A DNA stretch of 64,000 bases, taken from Candidatus Poribacteria bacterium (GTDB taxonomy: Bacteria; Poribacteria; WGA-4E; PCPOR2b). The position numbers and the translations under genes are program-made. Positions 1-9,527 of this stretch are shown piece after piece. Numbering within the stretch: the stretch's first letter is position 1; each line of letters begins with the position of its first letter. Location: the NCBI GenBank assembly GCA_965198175.1, contig OZ240245.1, positions 2,208,001 through 2,272,000 of the forward strand, read 5' to 3'. The notes under the pieces are model-generated. The model made no database searches. It was not told where the DNA came from and was given only the letters and a program-made list of their open reading frames with translations.

Positions 1-2
1 CT

Positions 3-353
3 GACGAAGTCAATGCTGACATGTTGAAGGCGCATAATCTGGTTTTGGTTGGAATACCGCAAAATAACCCACTCATTGAAGAATATGCGCTTGACTCGCT
101 TAGCTTTGGCGCGGACCGAATCGTCGCAGGAGAAATTGTGATTGATAATACCGACCAAGCCTTAATCGCTCTTGGTGAACATCCGATAAACCCAGAACGA
201 TTCTGTTTGCACGTCACAGGCTTATCAAACGAAGCGATTCAGGAACCACCCGACTTCACAGAGATGCCCGGCGATTTCCTCATTTATCGCAGCGGAAAGG
301 CGTTGAGGGTCGGCTATCGGAAGCCGTACCGGCTGAAGTGTAAGCTGCAATGA
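3..353 (+). CDS. C-terminal part of a protein starting left of the window (function not assignable)
   Basis: Frame is open from position 3 to the TGA at 351-353; protein-like composition. Confidence 0.6.
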   Translation, partial: DEVNADMLKAHNLVLVGIPQNNPLIEEYALDSLSFGADRIVAGEIVIDNTDQALIALGEHPINPERFCLHVTGLSNEAIQEPPDFTEMPGDFLIYRSGKALRVGYRKPYRLKCKLQ

Positions 354-423
354 ACAACATAGGTTTCTATCACAATTGGGGACACCGATTTAACAATTTT
401 GGAATCCATAGTTCGAGAGCAAT

Positions 424-518
424 GTAGGATGGCTTGAGATCAACTGAGCGAATAGATCAATCGACCGAATAGGGAGTGCGATAGAAGACTATGGCGATAG
501 TTTTTCCCGAAACCCAAC
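424..518 (+). repeat. REP-like GTAG element (GTAGGATGGCTTGAG...CGAAACCCAAC) carrying internal GATCAA..GAATAG repeats
   Basis: Ends resemble the element at 51417-51517 (GTAGGTTGGGTTAAG...CGTAACCCAAC). Confidence 0.55.
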
Positions 519-609
519 GATCAACTGAGCGAATAGCGAAGGCGATAGTCTTGTCCGACAGAATTATCGCAGGTCTACACTATCGCCTTCACTATTCGCT
601 CAGTTGATC
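519..609. repeat. 31-bp inverted repeat (long hairpin, MITE-like) between convergent genes
   Basis: 519-549 gatcaactgagcgaatagcgaaggcgatagt matches the reverse complement of 579-609 at 30/31. Confidence 0.85.
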
Positions 610-803
610 CCTTATCAAGGGGGTATCTGAATGTGTGTAAATATAAAAGTAAATGGCTGAAAAGCCTCTGTCGACGTAGGAAAAGCAGTAACCTGTATCT
701 GTCAGCGGGCAACAGCATCGCGGGGCGGCGGGAACCAACAAAAAGGGATTGAGAAATTCCAATTCCGATGACGCCAGCTTATTTTGTGAGGGCGGTGTCT
801 CCA

Positions 804-1571
804 TCAAACAGTAACATTGCAAGTATCAAAAGCCGTTTGCATTGCCGCGATGGCATCGCCCTTCGGAGTAAACTCATGACCGACATAGAGATTATAGCTG
901 GTTTCCGCAATCGCACGCATGACCCCCGGATAGTAAATCTCCTGCGTGTCGTCTAGGTCGTTACGCCCCGGATTCCCCGCTGTGTGAAAATGTCCGATAT
1001 ACTCGATGTTTTCCCGGATCGTGCGGATGAGATCGCCCTCCATAATCTGCATGTGGTAGATGTCGTAGAGTAGCTTAACTCGCGGGGAATTGACACCCTT
1101 GCAAACCGAAACGCCCCATGCGGTGCTGTCGGACTGATTGTCTGGGTGATCTACTTTGCTGTTGAGCAACTCGATGCAAAGGTTGACACTGTTTTCCTCG
1201 GCTGTTTTTGTAACCCGCAGCAGCCCCTCTATGGTGTTATCCCGTCCTTCCTTGTCCGACTTCCCGTCTCGGTTGCCCGATAAACAGATGAGACCGGGGA
1301 TGTCATTCGCCGCGGCGAGTTCAATATTCGCTAGCAATTCCTGCTCGATTCGATTGTGATTTTCGCGTTTATTCAGCCCGTCGGGCAGCGATTTGTGTCC
1401 AACGATTATGGCAACACGCATTCCATTCTCTCGTACAAAATCCCAGTATTCTTGACTGAGCATCTCGACGGATTTGTAGCCGATTTTTGCAGCTTCGCGA
1501 ATCACTAGTTCCGGCGGCGCGCCGCCGCGGGTGAAACAGCCAAAAACGATCGATTGGTTGATTGAACCCAT
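804..1571 (-). CDS. Hydroxypyruvate isomerase / xylose-isomerase-like TIM barrel protein
   Basis: Motifs IELLNSKVDH, LLYDIYHMQIMEGD, HFHTAGNPGR, GHEF; SD ggag upstream. Confidence 0.9.
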   Translation of the reverse strand: MGSINQSIVFGCFTRGGAPPELVIREAAKIGYKSVEMLSQEYWDFVRENGMRVAIIVGHKSLPDGLNKRENHNRIEQELLANIELAAANDIPGLICLSGNRDGKSDKEGRDNTIEGLLRVTKTAEENSVNLCIELLNSKVDHPDNQSDSTAWGVSVCKGVNSPRVKLLYDIYHMQIMEGDLIRTIRENIEYIGHFHTAGNPGRNDLDDTQEIYYPGVMRAIAETSYNLYVGHEFTPKGDAIAAMQTAFDTCNVTV

Positions 1572-1674
1572 TTTTTCTCCTTTCGGTTACTGAGAAAGTT
1601 GCTAACGCTCAGAGAAATTTACGCACAAGCATACGCAACATAACGTTGTAGCTGAGAGAAACCGGATTGCTGGT

Positions 1675-2805
1675 TTATCTGGCATCCTTCGGAATGACTG
1701 TCTCGACGATTGCTCCGATTAATCCCTGCTCATTCCATCCGACCGGTCCCGTTCCAACCCGGGCGACGACCAAATCAAGCGACGGTATGACATAGCAATT
1801 ATTTGCGTTGTAACCCCTCAGAGCAAAGGCGTCCCTCGGCAAGCCCGCCATCATGGGGAGTTTCGGCCAGCTTGTCCCCTCGCTATTCACCCACCACGTA
1901 TATCCATAGTTAGGGTTTATTTCTTGCGAGGCTTTGGTGGCGAGTTCCATCCACCACATGGGGATCAGTTGCTGTCCGTCCCACACCCCGTTGTGGAGCG
2001 CAAGATAACCGAAACGCGCCAACTCTCTCGACGAGATGTATATTCCGCTATCCCCGTTCGTGTGGGGTCCTATGAACCCGCGGCCCCCTAGTACATTCCA
2101 ACTCAATTCTTCTATGCCAATCGGAGCAAAGACTCGCTCCTGCATATAATCTCTCATCTCGACGCCCATTATATTTGCAAATGCCAAAGCCAGATGCTGC
2201 AACCCGAGGTCGCTGTACTCCCAATGCGTCCCCGGATTGGCTGCCAGTGTATCTGCCCAATAACCGTGCCGATTCGGACATCTTCCAAGCACGTGTTCAA
2301 AGGCGCCCTGCCCTTTTTCCATCGGCATGCCGACGCAGCCTGACGAATGTCCAGCAACTCCTGAGGTCATTGTGAGCAAATGTCGAGTGGTGATTTGCTC
2401 CTTGCGTGAATCTGTAAGCGGATACCCGTCGGGGATAAACGGGTAAGCCGGAGTGTCTAAGTCCACCTTCTGCCCGTTTGGAAGTTCGTTTTGACGGCTT
2501 GCCTCTAGGAGAAGTCCCCACGCTGTGCCTGTGAAGGATTTGGTGCCCGACCAAATGTTGAAGCGGGTAGGAATTGGGATATTAAAGGTGTGAAACTCGC
2601 GCACTAAATAACCGTGCCTGACGATCACAATGGACCACTGGTCGCCGCCGTAATGAAACGCTTGGCTTTGGAGAACGAGGTCGAGTTTTTCGGGATCCAT
2701 TCCTGCTAGGTTGCGAACCTGCTCGGGATCTTCGATAAAACGCCATTCGCCCTTTGACTCCGGCGGAGGGTAGTAACGATCAACATCGCGGGAAGGGATT
2801 AACAT
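1675..2805 (-). CDS. Serine hydrolase (beta-lactamase class C / AmpC family)
   Basis: SxxK (SGTK), LLTMTSG, PGTHWEYS, LARFGYL, YGYTWW, VIPSLDLVVAR; start placed at the ATG after SD ggagg. Confidence 0.9.
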   Translation of the reverse strand: MLIPSRDVDRYYPPPESKGEWRFIEDPEQVRNLAGMDPEKLDLVLQSQAFHYGGDQWSIVIVRHGYLVREFHTFNIPIPTRFNIWSGTKSFTGTAWGLLLEASRQNELPNGQKVDLDTPAYPFIPDGYPLTDSRKEQITTRHLLTMTSGVAGHSSGCVGMPMEKGQGAFEHVLGRCPNRHGYWADTLAANPGTHWEYSDLGLQHLALAFANIMGVEMRDYMQERVFAPIGIEELSWNVLGGRGFIGPHTNGDSGIYISSRELARFGYLALHNGVWDGQQLIPMWWMELATKASQEINPNYGYTWWVNSEGTSWPKLPMMAGLPRDAFALRGYNANNCYVIPSLDLVVARVGTGPVGWNEQGLIGAIVETVIPKDAR

Positions 2806-2945
2806 ACCTGAACCTCCTACTTGATTGAACATCTAAGCTTCCTAGACGATCGATGAAGACTCTAAACCGTCTTCAATCCAGTTTGCCGGAGCATGTACTC
2901 CTGAGTAAACGCCGAATTGAGGGGTGCTCCCGACTAAGGACACCG

Positions 2946-2975
2946 ATTATATCAGTCGTTTCAATTTGCTGTCAA
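2946..2975 (-). promoter_or_regulatory. Sigma70-type promoter for the serine hydrolase/isomerase unit
   Basis: TTGACA-N18-TATAAT on the minus strand. Confidence 0.65.
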
Positions 2976-3434
2976 CCGTTTTTATAAAGTGAAATTGAGG
3001 ATTTGTGATTCGATCTCTAGATCGGTGAGATCGTTAGCACGAAGCCTCGGGACGTCAGAATCGGGAGGAGCTAATAAATCGAATCATAAATCTTGGATTC
3101 TCTGCGAGAGAAAAGCATCATCTGAGTGTATTAAGTGCGATAAATAGCGGCTAAACCCGCGGTGGGACTAAGTTTGTAACGACTTGCCTGTCAAGATTTC
3201 AGTTGTGATGCTCGACAGTCGAGACGGAGATTGACCTTGAACCACCAAAAATGTGCGAAGATGTAGATAATCTGTCTTCCCTAAAATCGACCGAGAAACA
3301 CCTTAACCGCAGATATTGCCGCCACTGTATCAGCGTGGCGAGCATGTGCAGTTGATAGCTCTTACACTACCTGCGAGGAACAGATTTGCGAAATACTGAT
3401 AAGCAAGCAGATTCTGCACAAGGAGGTAGATTTT

Positions 3435-3912
3435 ATGTTCATCTTGGTCACCGGTGCTGCTGGACGCATCGGTTTCCATTTGACCCGGTCCCTCATTCGA
3501 GAGGGCCATCGGGTGCGAGCTTTTGTCCTACCTGGCGACTCTAGAGTTGCCGATATCGCGCTCCCGTAGGTGGAGTTATGGCCGATTGGAAGATGTCGAT
3601 GCGCTGACGGCAGCTGCGCAGGGCGTAGAAGCGGTGTTTCATCTGCGGGACGCACTCACCTCACGGGGCAATACTGACGAAGAGTTTTTTGAGTTCAATC
3701 TGCGAGGCACTTTCAATCTGCTTATGGCGGTACGTGACCATGCACCGGCGATTCAGCGTTTCGCGTATGCTAGCAGCGATGCAGTTTACTGGAGCGGATC
3801 GACAGCGGGCGCCTTCTATCTGCCTGTGGACGAAGTGCACCATATCCACACTGTCCTAGAGTTCGTTGTGCATCTGAGCACGCTCATTGGCGGATTGGTT
3901 TCGCGCCCGTAA
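3435..3912 (+). pseudogene. NAD-dependent epimerase/dehydratase pseudogene (stop, frameshift, 3' truncation)
   Basis: SD aggagg + ATG 3435 gives MFILVTGAAGRIG (GxxGxxG) and ends at TAG 3567; a second frame continues with AVFHL..NLRGTFNLL..FAYASSDAVY..LPVDE; no YxxxK or C-terminal half. Confidence 0.85.
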
Positions 3913-4370
3913 TGGTTGCATTAGGAGCGCTATTGAAGTGAACAAAACCGTAGGTGGCAAAGGCTTGACGAAGGAATGAACACGAACAACATCACCTGCC
4001 ATCCAGCGAAAGAAGCAGATCTAGAACGCACCTTTGAAGTGTTTATTACTCAATAAACGACTTGTATGCGGCAAATAATGTTCCAAGATTCAAGAGCAAT
4101 GGAAGAAGAAACCGCTTGAGCAGCTGATTCATTGGCTTGACGGCTAAGGTCCCGTCAATCATTAAAAGTCATTAAGTATTTAGCGGGGGAACCATTTAGT
4201 TTTCGCATGAGCCAATTTTTTTGTTGACTTTCTTCTGGGTGCTGTTATGATAGCAAAAGTTGTAATGTAAATCTGCATCATTTTCGAATCTGTTAGACAG
4301 TCGAGAGATAGTGCCGAGTCCTGTGATGGGCGAGTTTACCGCAAAAGGTTAGCTAGGTGCATATGAAGCG

Positions 4371-5579
4371 ATGCCTCTCCTACAGAGTTTTGAAACCATG
4401 GGTCGAAGAACAACAAGAACAGTGTTTACGGCTGCCTTGTGTTTGATAGTGTTTGCAATCACGAACTTGAGTCAAGCAGATGAAAATAATTCTCACTTGG
4501 AGTATGTCGACCGCCTACAAGTGGGGTTCATACGGCTGTTCCAGGGAGATAACCCCGGCGCCATAGAGGCGTTTGAGAAAGCGCTGGAAATCGAACCTAA
4601 TCACTATGAGATTCACCACTACCTTGGAATGACCTATGCAGATAACGATTTCCGGAATAGGGCGGTGGCGGCTTACCGCCGATCTCTGGAACTGATGCCA
4701 GATAATGTAGCGGTGTTGTACTCACTTGCAAAGGCCTATTACAAACTTGGTGAATGGGCAAAAATGTCGGCGACCCTTCAACAGAGCATCGCTCGTTCGC
4801 CCATGGATGCTCGGGGTTATGAGTTGCTTGGAAAAGCCCAAGTCAAGCTACGACAGTTTGCCGTGGCGACAAAGACGCTAAAGCAGGCCATGGAGTTGAA
4901 TCCCACGGCGCCGGAAATCTACTATGAACTGGGAACTGCTTATCTCAATCAGAAAAAATTTAAGGAGGCCATCCCGTACTTCAAAAAAGCCCTCCAATTC
5001 GGGCATCGAAGTGCTCAACCGTATCACGGCCTAGGTATAGCCTATTTTCGTATGGGAAAGCGGGAAGAGGGAAAAACCCACATGCTTCGATTTCGACAGT
5101 TAGATGAAGAATTAGCAGAATTTCACCGACTGTCACGGCTCACACGCGTGGAACCGAACAATATTGAGGGCTGGGCAGGATTGGGGATGCTGTTGATGCA
5201 CCAGAAGAACTATGCAAAGGCGGTACCTGTGCTTCAAAAATGTATTCAACTGTCACCCGAAAACACTTCCTTCTATTTCGGACTTAGCCGAGCTTTACTT
5301 AACCTAGGGCAGCCTGAACCAGCACGCAATGCGGTCCGCTATGCCATTCAACTTAAACCGCATGAAGCGATTCTATACGACACACTTGGCAATACCTATG
5401 CTATGCAAAACGATATACCTAACGCTATTAAGGCGGTTCTCAAAGCCGTCGAACTCGATCCGGAATTCCCTTACTATTATCTCAATCTCGCGAAGCTATA
5501 CAAACAGATGGGCCAACAAAATCGTGCTGAAGAACACTACCAGTTGTACGAACACTTTAAAAGAAAAACATCACGATGA
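4371..5579 (+). CDS. Tetratricopeptide repeat protein with N-terminal signal/membrane anchor
   Basis: Multiple TPR consensus repeats; hydrophobic N-terminus; true start may be 4398. Confidence 0.9.
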   Translation: MPLLQSFETMGRRTTRTVFTAALCLIVFAITNLSQADENNSHLEYVDRLQVGFIRLFQGDNPGAIEAFEKALEIEPNHYEIHHYLGMTYADNDFRNRAVAAYRRSLELMPDNVAVLYSLAKAYYKLGEWAKMSATLQQSIARSPMDARGYELLGKAQVKLRQFAVATKTLKQAMELNPTAPEIYYELGTAYLNQKKFKEAIPYFKKALQFGHRSAQPYHGLGIAYFRMGKREEGKTHMLRFRQLDEELAEFHRLSRLTRVEPNNIEGWAGLGMLLMHQKNYAKAVPVLQKCIQLSPENTSFYFGLSRALLNLGQPEPARNAVRYAIQLKPHEAILYDTLGNTYAMQNDIPNAIKAVLKAVELDPEFPYYYLNLAKLYKQMGQQNRAEEHYQLYEHFKRKTSR

Positions 5580-6412
5580 TGCAAGGTACACAACCGCTTT
5601 TACTCAACTTCGGAATCATTCTCATGGTCGCAACGCAATCTCTCGCTGCAGAAGAGAGCGTGAAACACATTCCTGCCGGCGTATTTACGATGGGAATGGA
5701 ATCCCGTGGTCCAAACGAAAAACCCGCCCACAAGGTAGAGCTCGATGCCTACTATATCGGTAAATATGAGGTGACAAATCAGGAGTATTACCGCTTCTGG
5801 CAGGCGACCGGTAAACACACGCCAGAGAGCTTCCCGGATGACTATGGTATCGGTGCATGGCCCGGGCGGGCACTGAAGTATCCGGATTATCCCGTAGTCG
5901 GGGTTTCCTGGTATGACGCGGTCGCTTATGCTAAATGGGTCGGCATGCGGTTACCTACAGAAGCGGAATGGGAAAAGGCCGCACGGGGCGGCACCAATCG
6001 ACGCTGGCCATGGGGCAATTCACTCCACCCTTATGCCAACACGTGGAACGGTGAAGATGGATACGATAACGGCATCGCACCGGTTGGCAGCTACCCAGAG
6101 GGAAAGAGTGACTACGGTGTGATGGACTTGGCTGGCAACGTTTGGGAATGGACAGCCGATTGGTATAGCGATACCTATTACCCCACCAGCCCCAAGCGCA
6201 ATCCCAAGGGACCAGAGATGGGAAGCTGGCGGGTGATTCGCGGCGGTTCATGGATAGACAATATCAATCTGTGTGAAACCACGGTTCGACTCCAGTTTTA
6301 TCCGGGGCTCAGTACTTCCTTCATCGGTTTTCGGCTCGCCCAGACAGCTGAACCCTGCCCTTCCTCGGAGAAATGTAAGACGCAATCCGTCAACCCCGGC
6401 CCCCAAAAATGA
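5576..6412 (+). CDS. Formylglycine-generating enzyme (SUMF1/FGE-sulfatase) domain protein, secreted
   Basis: FTMG, YEVTN, PVVGVSWYDA, RLPTEAEWEKAARGG, DLAGNVWEW, RGGSW, GFR; signal peptide. Confidence 0.92.
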   Translation: MMQGTQPLLLNFGIILMVATQSLAAEESVKHIPAGVFTMGMESRGPNEKPAHKVELDAYYIGKYEVTNQEYYRFWQATGKHTPESFPDDYGIGAWPGRALKYPDYPVVGVSWYDAVAYAKWVGMRLPTEAEWEKAARGGTNRRWPWGNSLHPYANTWNGEDGYDNGIAPVGSYPEGKSDYGVMDLAGNVWEWTADWYSDTYYPTSPKRNPKGPEMGSWRVIRGGSWIDNINLCETTVRLQFYPGLSTSFIGFRLAQTAEPCPSSEKCKTQSVNPGPQK

Positions 6413-6537
6413 AGCCATGAACAGCCTAACTTCATTAGACTTGCCTAGTCCACAAATTTTGGGATTTCATAATGCTTCTATCATTTTCTTCCTGTACAGA
6501 CCTAATCTACACCTGGAAATTACAAGTAGTAACCTGC

Positions 6538-8193
6538 ATGAGGATAACCCCCGTCCAATCTCAACTTCTACCCACCGTTGTCCTCGTACTGGTCGCTATG
6601 AACAGTTTTGCCGATCTGCCCTCTGTGTTCGTGGATGTGACTGAGGAAGTCGGCATCCACTTCAAACACACCAATGGCAAGATCGACCGTTGGCATGTCA
6701 TCGAAACTATGGGGTCTGGCGCCGTCTTCTTCGATTATGACAACGATGATCGGCTCGATCTTTATGTCGTCAATAGTGGATATGTACCAGGCACGACTCA
6801 GAAACCTTCGCCTGGAAATATGTTATATCGCAACGATGGGAATGGTGGCTTTACCGATGTCACCACCGCTTCAGGGACAGGAGATACCAGATATGGGATG
6901 GCAGCGGCAACCGCTGACTATGATAACGATGGAGATCAGGATTTGTACGTCGCCAACTTTGGCGCAGATGTGCTTTACCGCAACAACGGAGATGGCACCT
7001 TTACCGATGTCACTGAAGCGGCGGGCATCAATAATGAACTCTGGGGCGTAGCAGTTTGCTATCTAGATTTCGATCTAGATAGCGATTTGGACATCTTTGT
7101 CGTCAACTACGTAGTGTACGATCTGTCGATGCCCCCTTATATTACCTATAAGGGCGTGGTTGGCTATGGTCCCCCACGTACCTACGAAGGAACGCCAGAT
7201 GTGCTTTACCGAAACAATGGGGATGGCACTTTTACCGATGTTTCACAGCAAGCCGGTGTCTCAAATCCGGTCGAAGGACGAGGTATGAGCGGGGTGGTAT
7301 GTGACTACGATAACGATGGTTGGCCGGATATTTATGTTCCCAATGACACCAACCGGAACTTTCTGTATCATAACGATGGGGATGGGACGTTTACAGACGT
7401 AAGTTTATTTAACGGTACGGGATATGATGAAAACGGCATTGCTGAGGGATCTATGGGCGCGGACTGTGGGGATTATAACGCGGATGGATGGTTAGATTTG
7501 CTAATCGCCAATTCGGAAACGGCGACCCTCTACAAAAATGATCGGGATGGCGGATTTACCGACGAGACCGCCGCTGCGGGCCTGCGAGAGGCTACCTATC
7601 TATTTGTGGGTTTCAGCGCGCTATTCCTGGATTATGATAATGACGGACATCTCGATATTTTCTCTGCGAACGGGCATCCGCAAGCGATTATCGAACAACT
7701 GACCGATGAAGAGACCTACGCGCAAAAAGATCAACTGTTTCGCCATAATGGAGATGGAACGTACATGGAGGTGTCAGCAACTTCTGGAGCATATTTCTCG
7801 GAGGCGTTTGTGGGGCGGGCAACTGCCAGCGGGGACTATGACAATGATGGAGATACGGATATTTTTATTGTGAATTCCAACCAGCGCGCGATTCTGCTTC
7901 GCAACGATGGGAACGATCGGCATAACTGGATTCGCATCAAGCTGGTGGGCGCCCGCAGCAATCGGGATGGCATCGGCGCGCGAGTCCAGGTTACAACGGG
8001 TGGAAGAAGTCAGATTGCCGAGGTGAAGAGTGGTTCTAGTTACGCTTCCGGTAGCGATAAGCGTCTGCTGTTCGGTTTAGAAACGCATCGTCGAGTAGAT
8101 CAGCTTGAGATTCGGTGGCCAAGCGGGATAGTCCAGCGTCTCACGAGTATTCGTTGTAACAAAACCGTTACCGTCGTTGAGCGTGGATCTTAA
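6538..8193 (+). CDS. CRTAC1-family FG-GAP repeat protein with C-terminal ASPIC/UnbV domain
   Basis: Repeated DYDNDGxxD / LYRNNGDGTFTDV motifs; SNRDGIGARV...LLFGL...IRWPSG; start uncertain (6472-6598). Confidence 0.9.
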   Translation: MRITPVQSQLLPTVVLVLVAMNSFADLPSVFVDVTEEVGIHFKHTNGKIDRWHVIETMGSGAVFFDYDNDDRLDLYVVNSGYVPGTTQKPSPGNMLYRNDGNGGFTDVTTASGTGDTRYGMAAATADYDNDGDQDLYVANFGADVLYRNNGDGTFTDVTEAAGINNELWGVAVCYLDFDLDSDLDIFVVNYVVYDLSMPPYITYKGVVGYGPPRTYEGTPDVLYRNNGDGTFTDVSQQAGVSNPVEGRGMSGVVCDYDNDGWPDIYVPNDTNRNFLYHNDGDGTFTDVSLFNGTGYDENGIAEGSMGADCGDYNADGWLDLLIANSETATLYKNDRDGGFTDETAAAGLREATYLFVGFSALFLDYDNDGHLDIFSANGHPQAIIEQLTDEETYAQKDQLFRHNGDGTYMEVSATSGAYFSEAFVGRATASGDYDNDGDTDIFIVNSNQRAILLRNDGNDRHNWIRIKLVGARSNRDGIGARVQVTTGGRSQIAEVKSGSSYASGSDKRLLFGLETHRRVDQLEIRWPSGIVQRLTSIRCNKTVTVVERGS

Positions 8194-8199
8194 CAAAAC

Positions 8200-8746
8200 G
8201 CCTAAAGTTCCACCGAATCAGCTAGCCCAATCTGTTGCGCCGTTTTGCCGTCGAACGGTTCTTTGCGCAACATAAGCCACTCAGCCTTCTGCAAGCCAAT
8301 CACATCAATTAACTGGAAACGCCCCAAGGAGATGACTAACCATAGCTACTTCTGGCAAGTCGGTATTCACCTCGCGAGCAGCAAGATGGAGGTTTTAGTA
8401 AACACCCAAGAAAAGCCCACCGCCTAGGACATACCTACGGCATGCAGCCGCAGCACAGTGACCTGTAGTAACGACTCTAGTTGAATGAAGACCCGTCCGT
8501 GCTCAGCTTCAAACTCGGTCACTTGTTGAATAAACATTCGTCAACTCCTTCAAATCATTGCCCGCTGAATACGATTGCTTGCTGCCCTAAGTCACAAACA
8601 CCACTGCCTCTGAGGACTGGTACACTTTATGCGGCACCTTGTCGAACTCGACTAACATCGCTTGATTGATGGTGTTGAAGAACTCCAGGACGACACCGTG
8701 TGAGCTTGGCGACCCGATTACAAAATTCTAGTTTAACTCGTGGCAT
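8200..8746 (-). pseudogene. Decayed enoyl-CoA hydratase/isomerase (crotonase) pseudogene
   Basis: Hand translation across stops and frameshifts: VAKLTRCRP / NTINQAMLVEF / YSAGNDLKEL / YVLGGGLFL / LPEV / IGLQKAEWLML..EPFDGKTAQQIGLADSV. Confidence 0.75.
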
Positions 8747-8794
8747 CGTACATACAGCCTACTGGACAGTGGCTATGGGTGAGGCAAACCCACA

Positions 8795-9160
8795 TCAGCG
8801 GCACATAATTGATTCAACTTCTGGCAGAACAGCTGAAACGGCAGCTTGATCCACCTTTGCAGCAACACTATCATAGCCGGCTGTACGGATCATTTCTACT
8901 AGATGCTGTCCAAGCTGTTTAATTGTCCAGTTGATTGGATCCAGTGTGGCGTTTTTGTTCATAGGGTATACATCGTTCTGCCCCGATGGAGCATAGTGAT
9001 AATGGGGATTTTTACGGAAGCAGTCGAATCGTAGCAGTTGCACTGATGTGCCATCAACATTACCAAAAACTCTAACAGCCGGACCTCTGTTATCATCCAG
9101 TCCGCGGTTTTCAACGTGAAGTTCAATCCCACCAACATGGAAAACTTTTCCCTGACCCAT
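8795..9160 (-). CDS. Conserved hypothetical protein (LLRFDCF...PHYHY motif)
   Basis: SD aggagg, 121-aa ORF with a family-like motif. Confidence 0.75.
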   Translation of the reverse strand: MGQGKVFHVGGIELHVENRGLDDNRGPAVRVFGNVDGTSVQLLRFDCFRKNPHYHYAPSGQNDVYPMNKNATLDPINWTIKQLGQHLVEMIRTAGYDSVAAKVDQAAVSAVLPEVESIMCR

Positions 9161-9302
9161 ATCTCTACCCTCCTGGATTGTGAGTGTTCAGTTTTCGGAC
9201 ATTGAAAAGTCAGATTTCACAGAACCTGTTAGATCTTAACTCGCTGATTATTGTAACACTTTCAGATAAAATACACAATTGCCATAACTGACGTGAATCC
9301 TC

Positions 9303-9331
9303 TTGACAGAGCATCAGCCAACGAGTAAAAT
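9303..9331 (+). promoter_or_regulatory. Sigma70-type promoter
   Basis: TTGACA-N17-TAAAAT upstream of the 9528 ORF. Confidence 0.55.
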
Positions 9332-9527
9332 ATCCAAGATCCGTCTTGTAATTTAATCCGGGTAGCTTGTTAAGTCGAGGCTTCTGCAAGCTTTCAACCA
9401 CCTAATCATAGCTCGCTAGCTAGAGATGATTGGGTACCTATCATACGTAAAAGAATCAAGTTTTGTACCGATAGATAAAGTTAACCTACGTGGGACTTAA
9501 ACTACCGTAAGGAGGTATACCTAAACT

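Noticed and set aside
2918..2940. TPP riboswitch-like AGGGGTGC
   Set aside because: No downstream CTGAGA or ACCTGA..GG.AA..CC elements, and it is on the wrong strand for the adjacent gene
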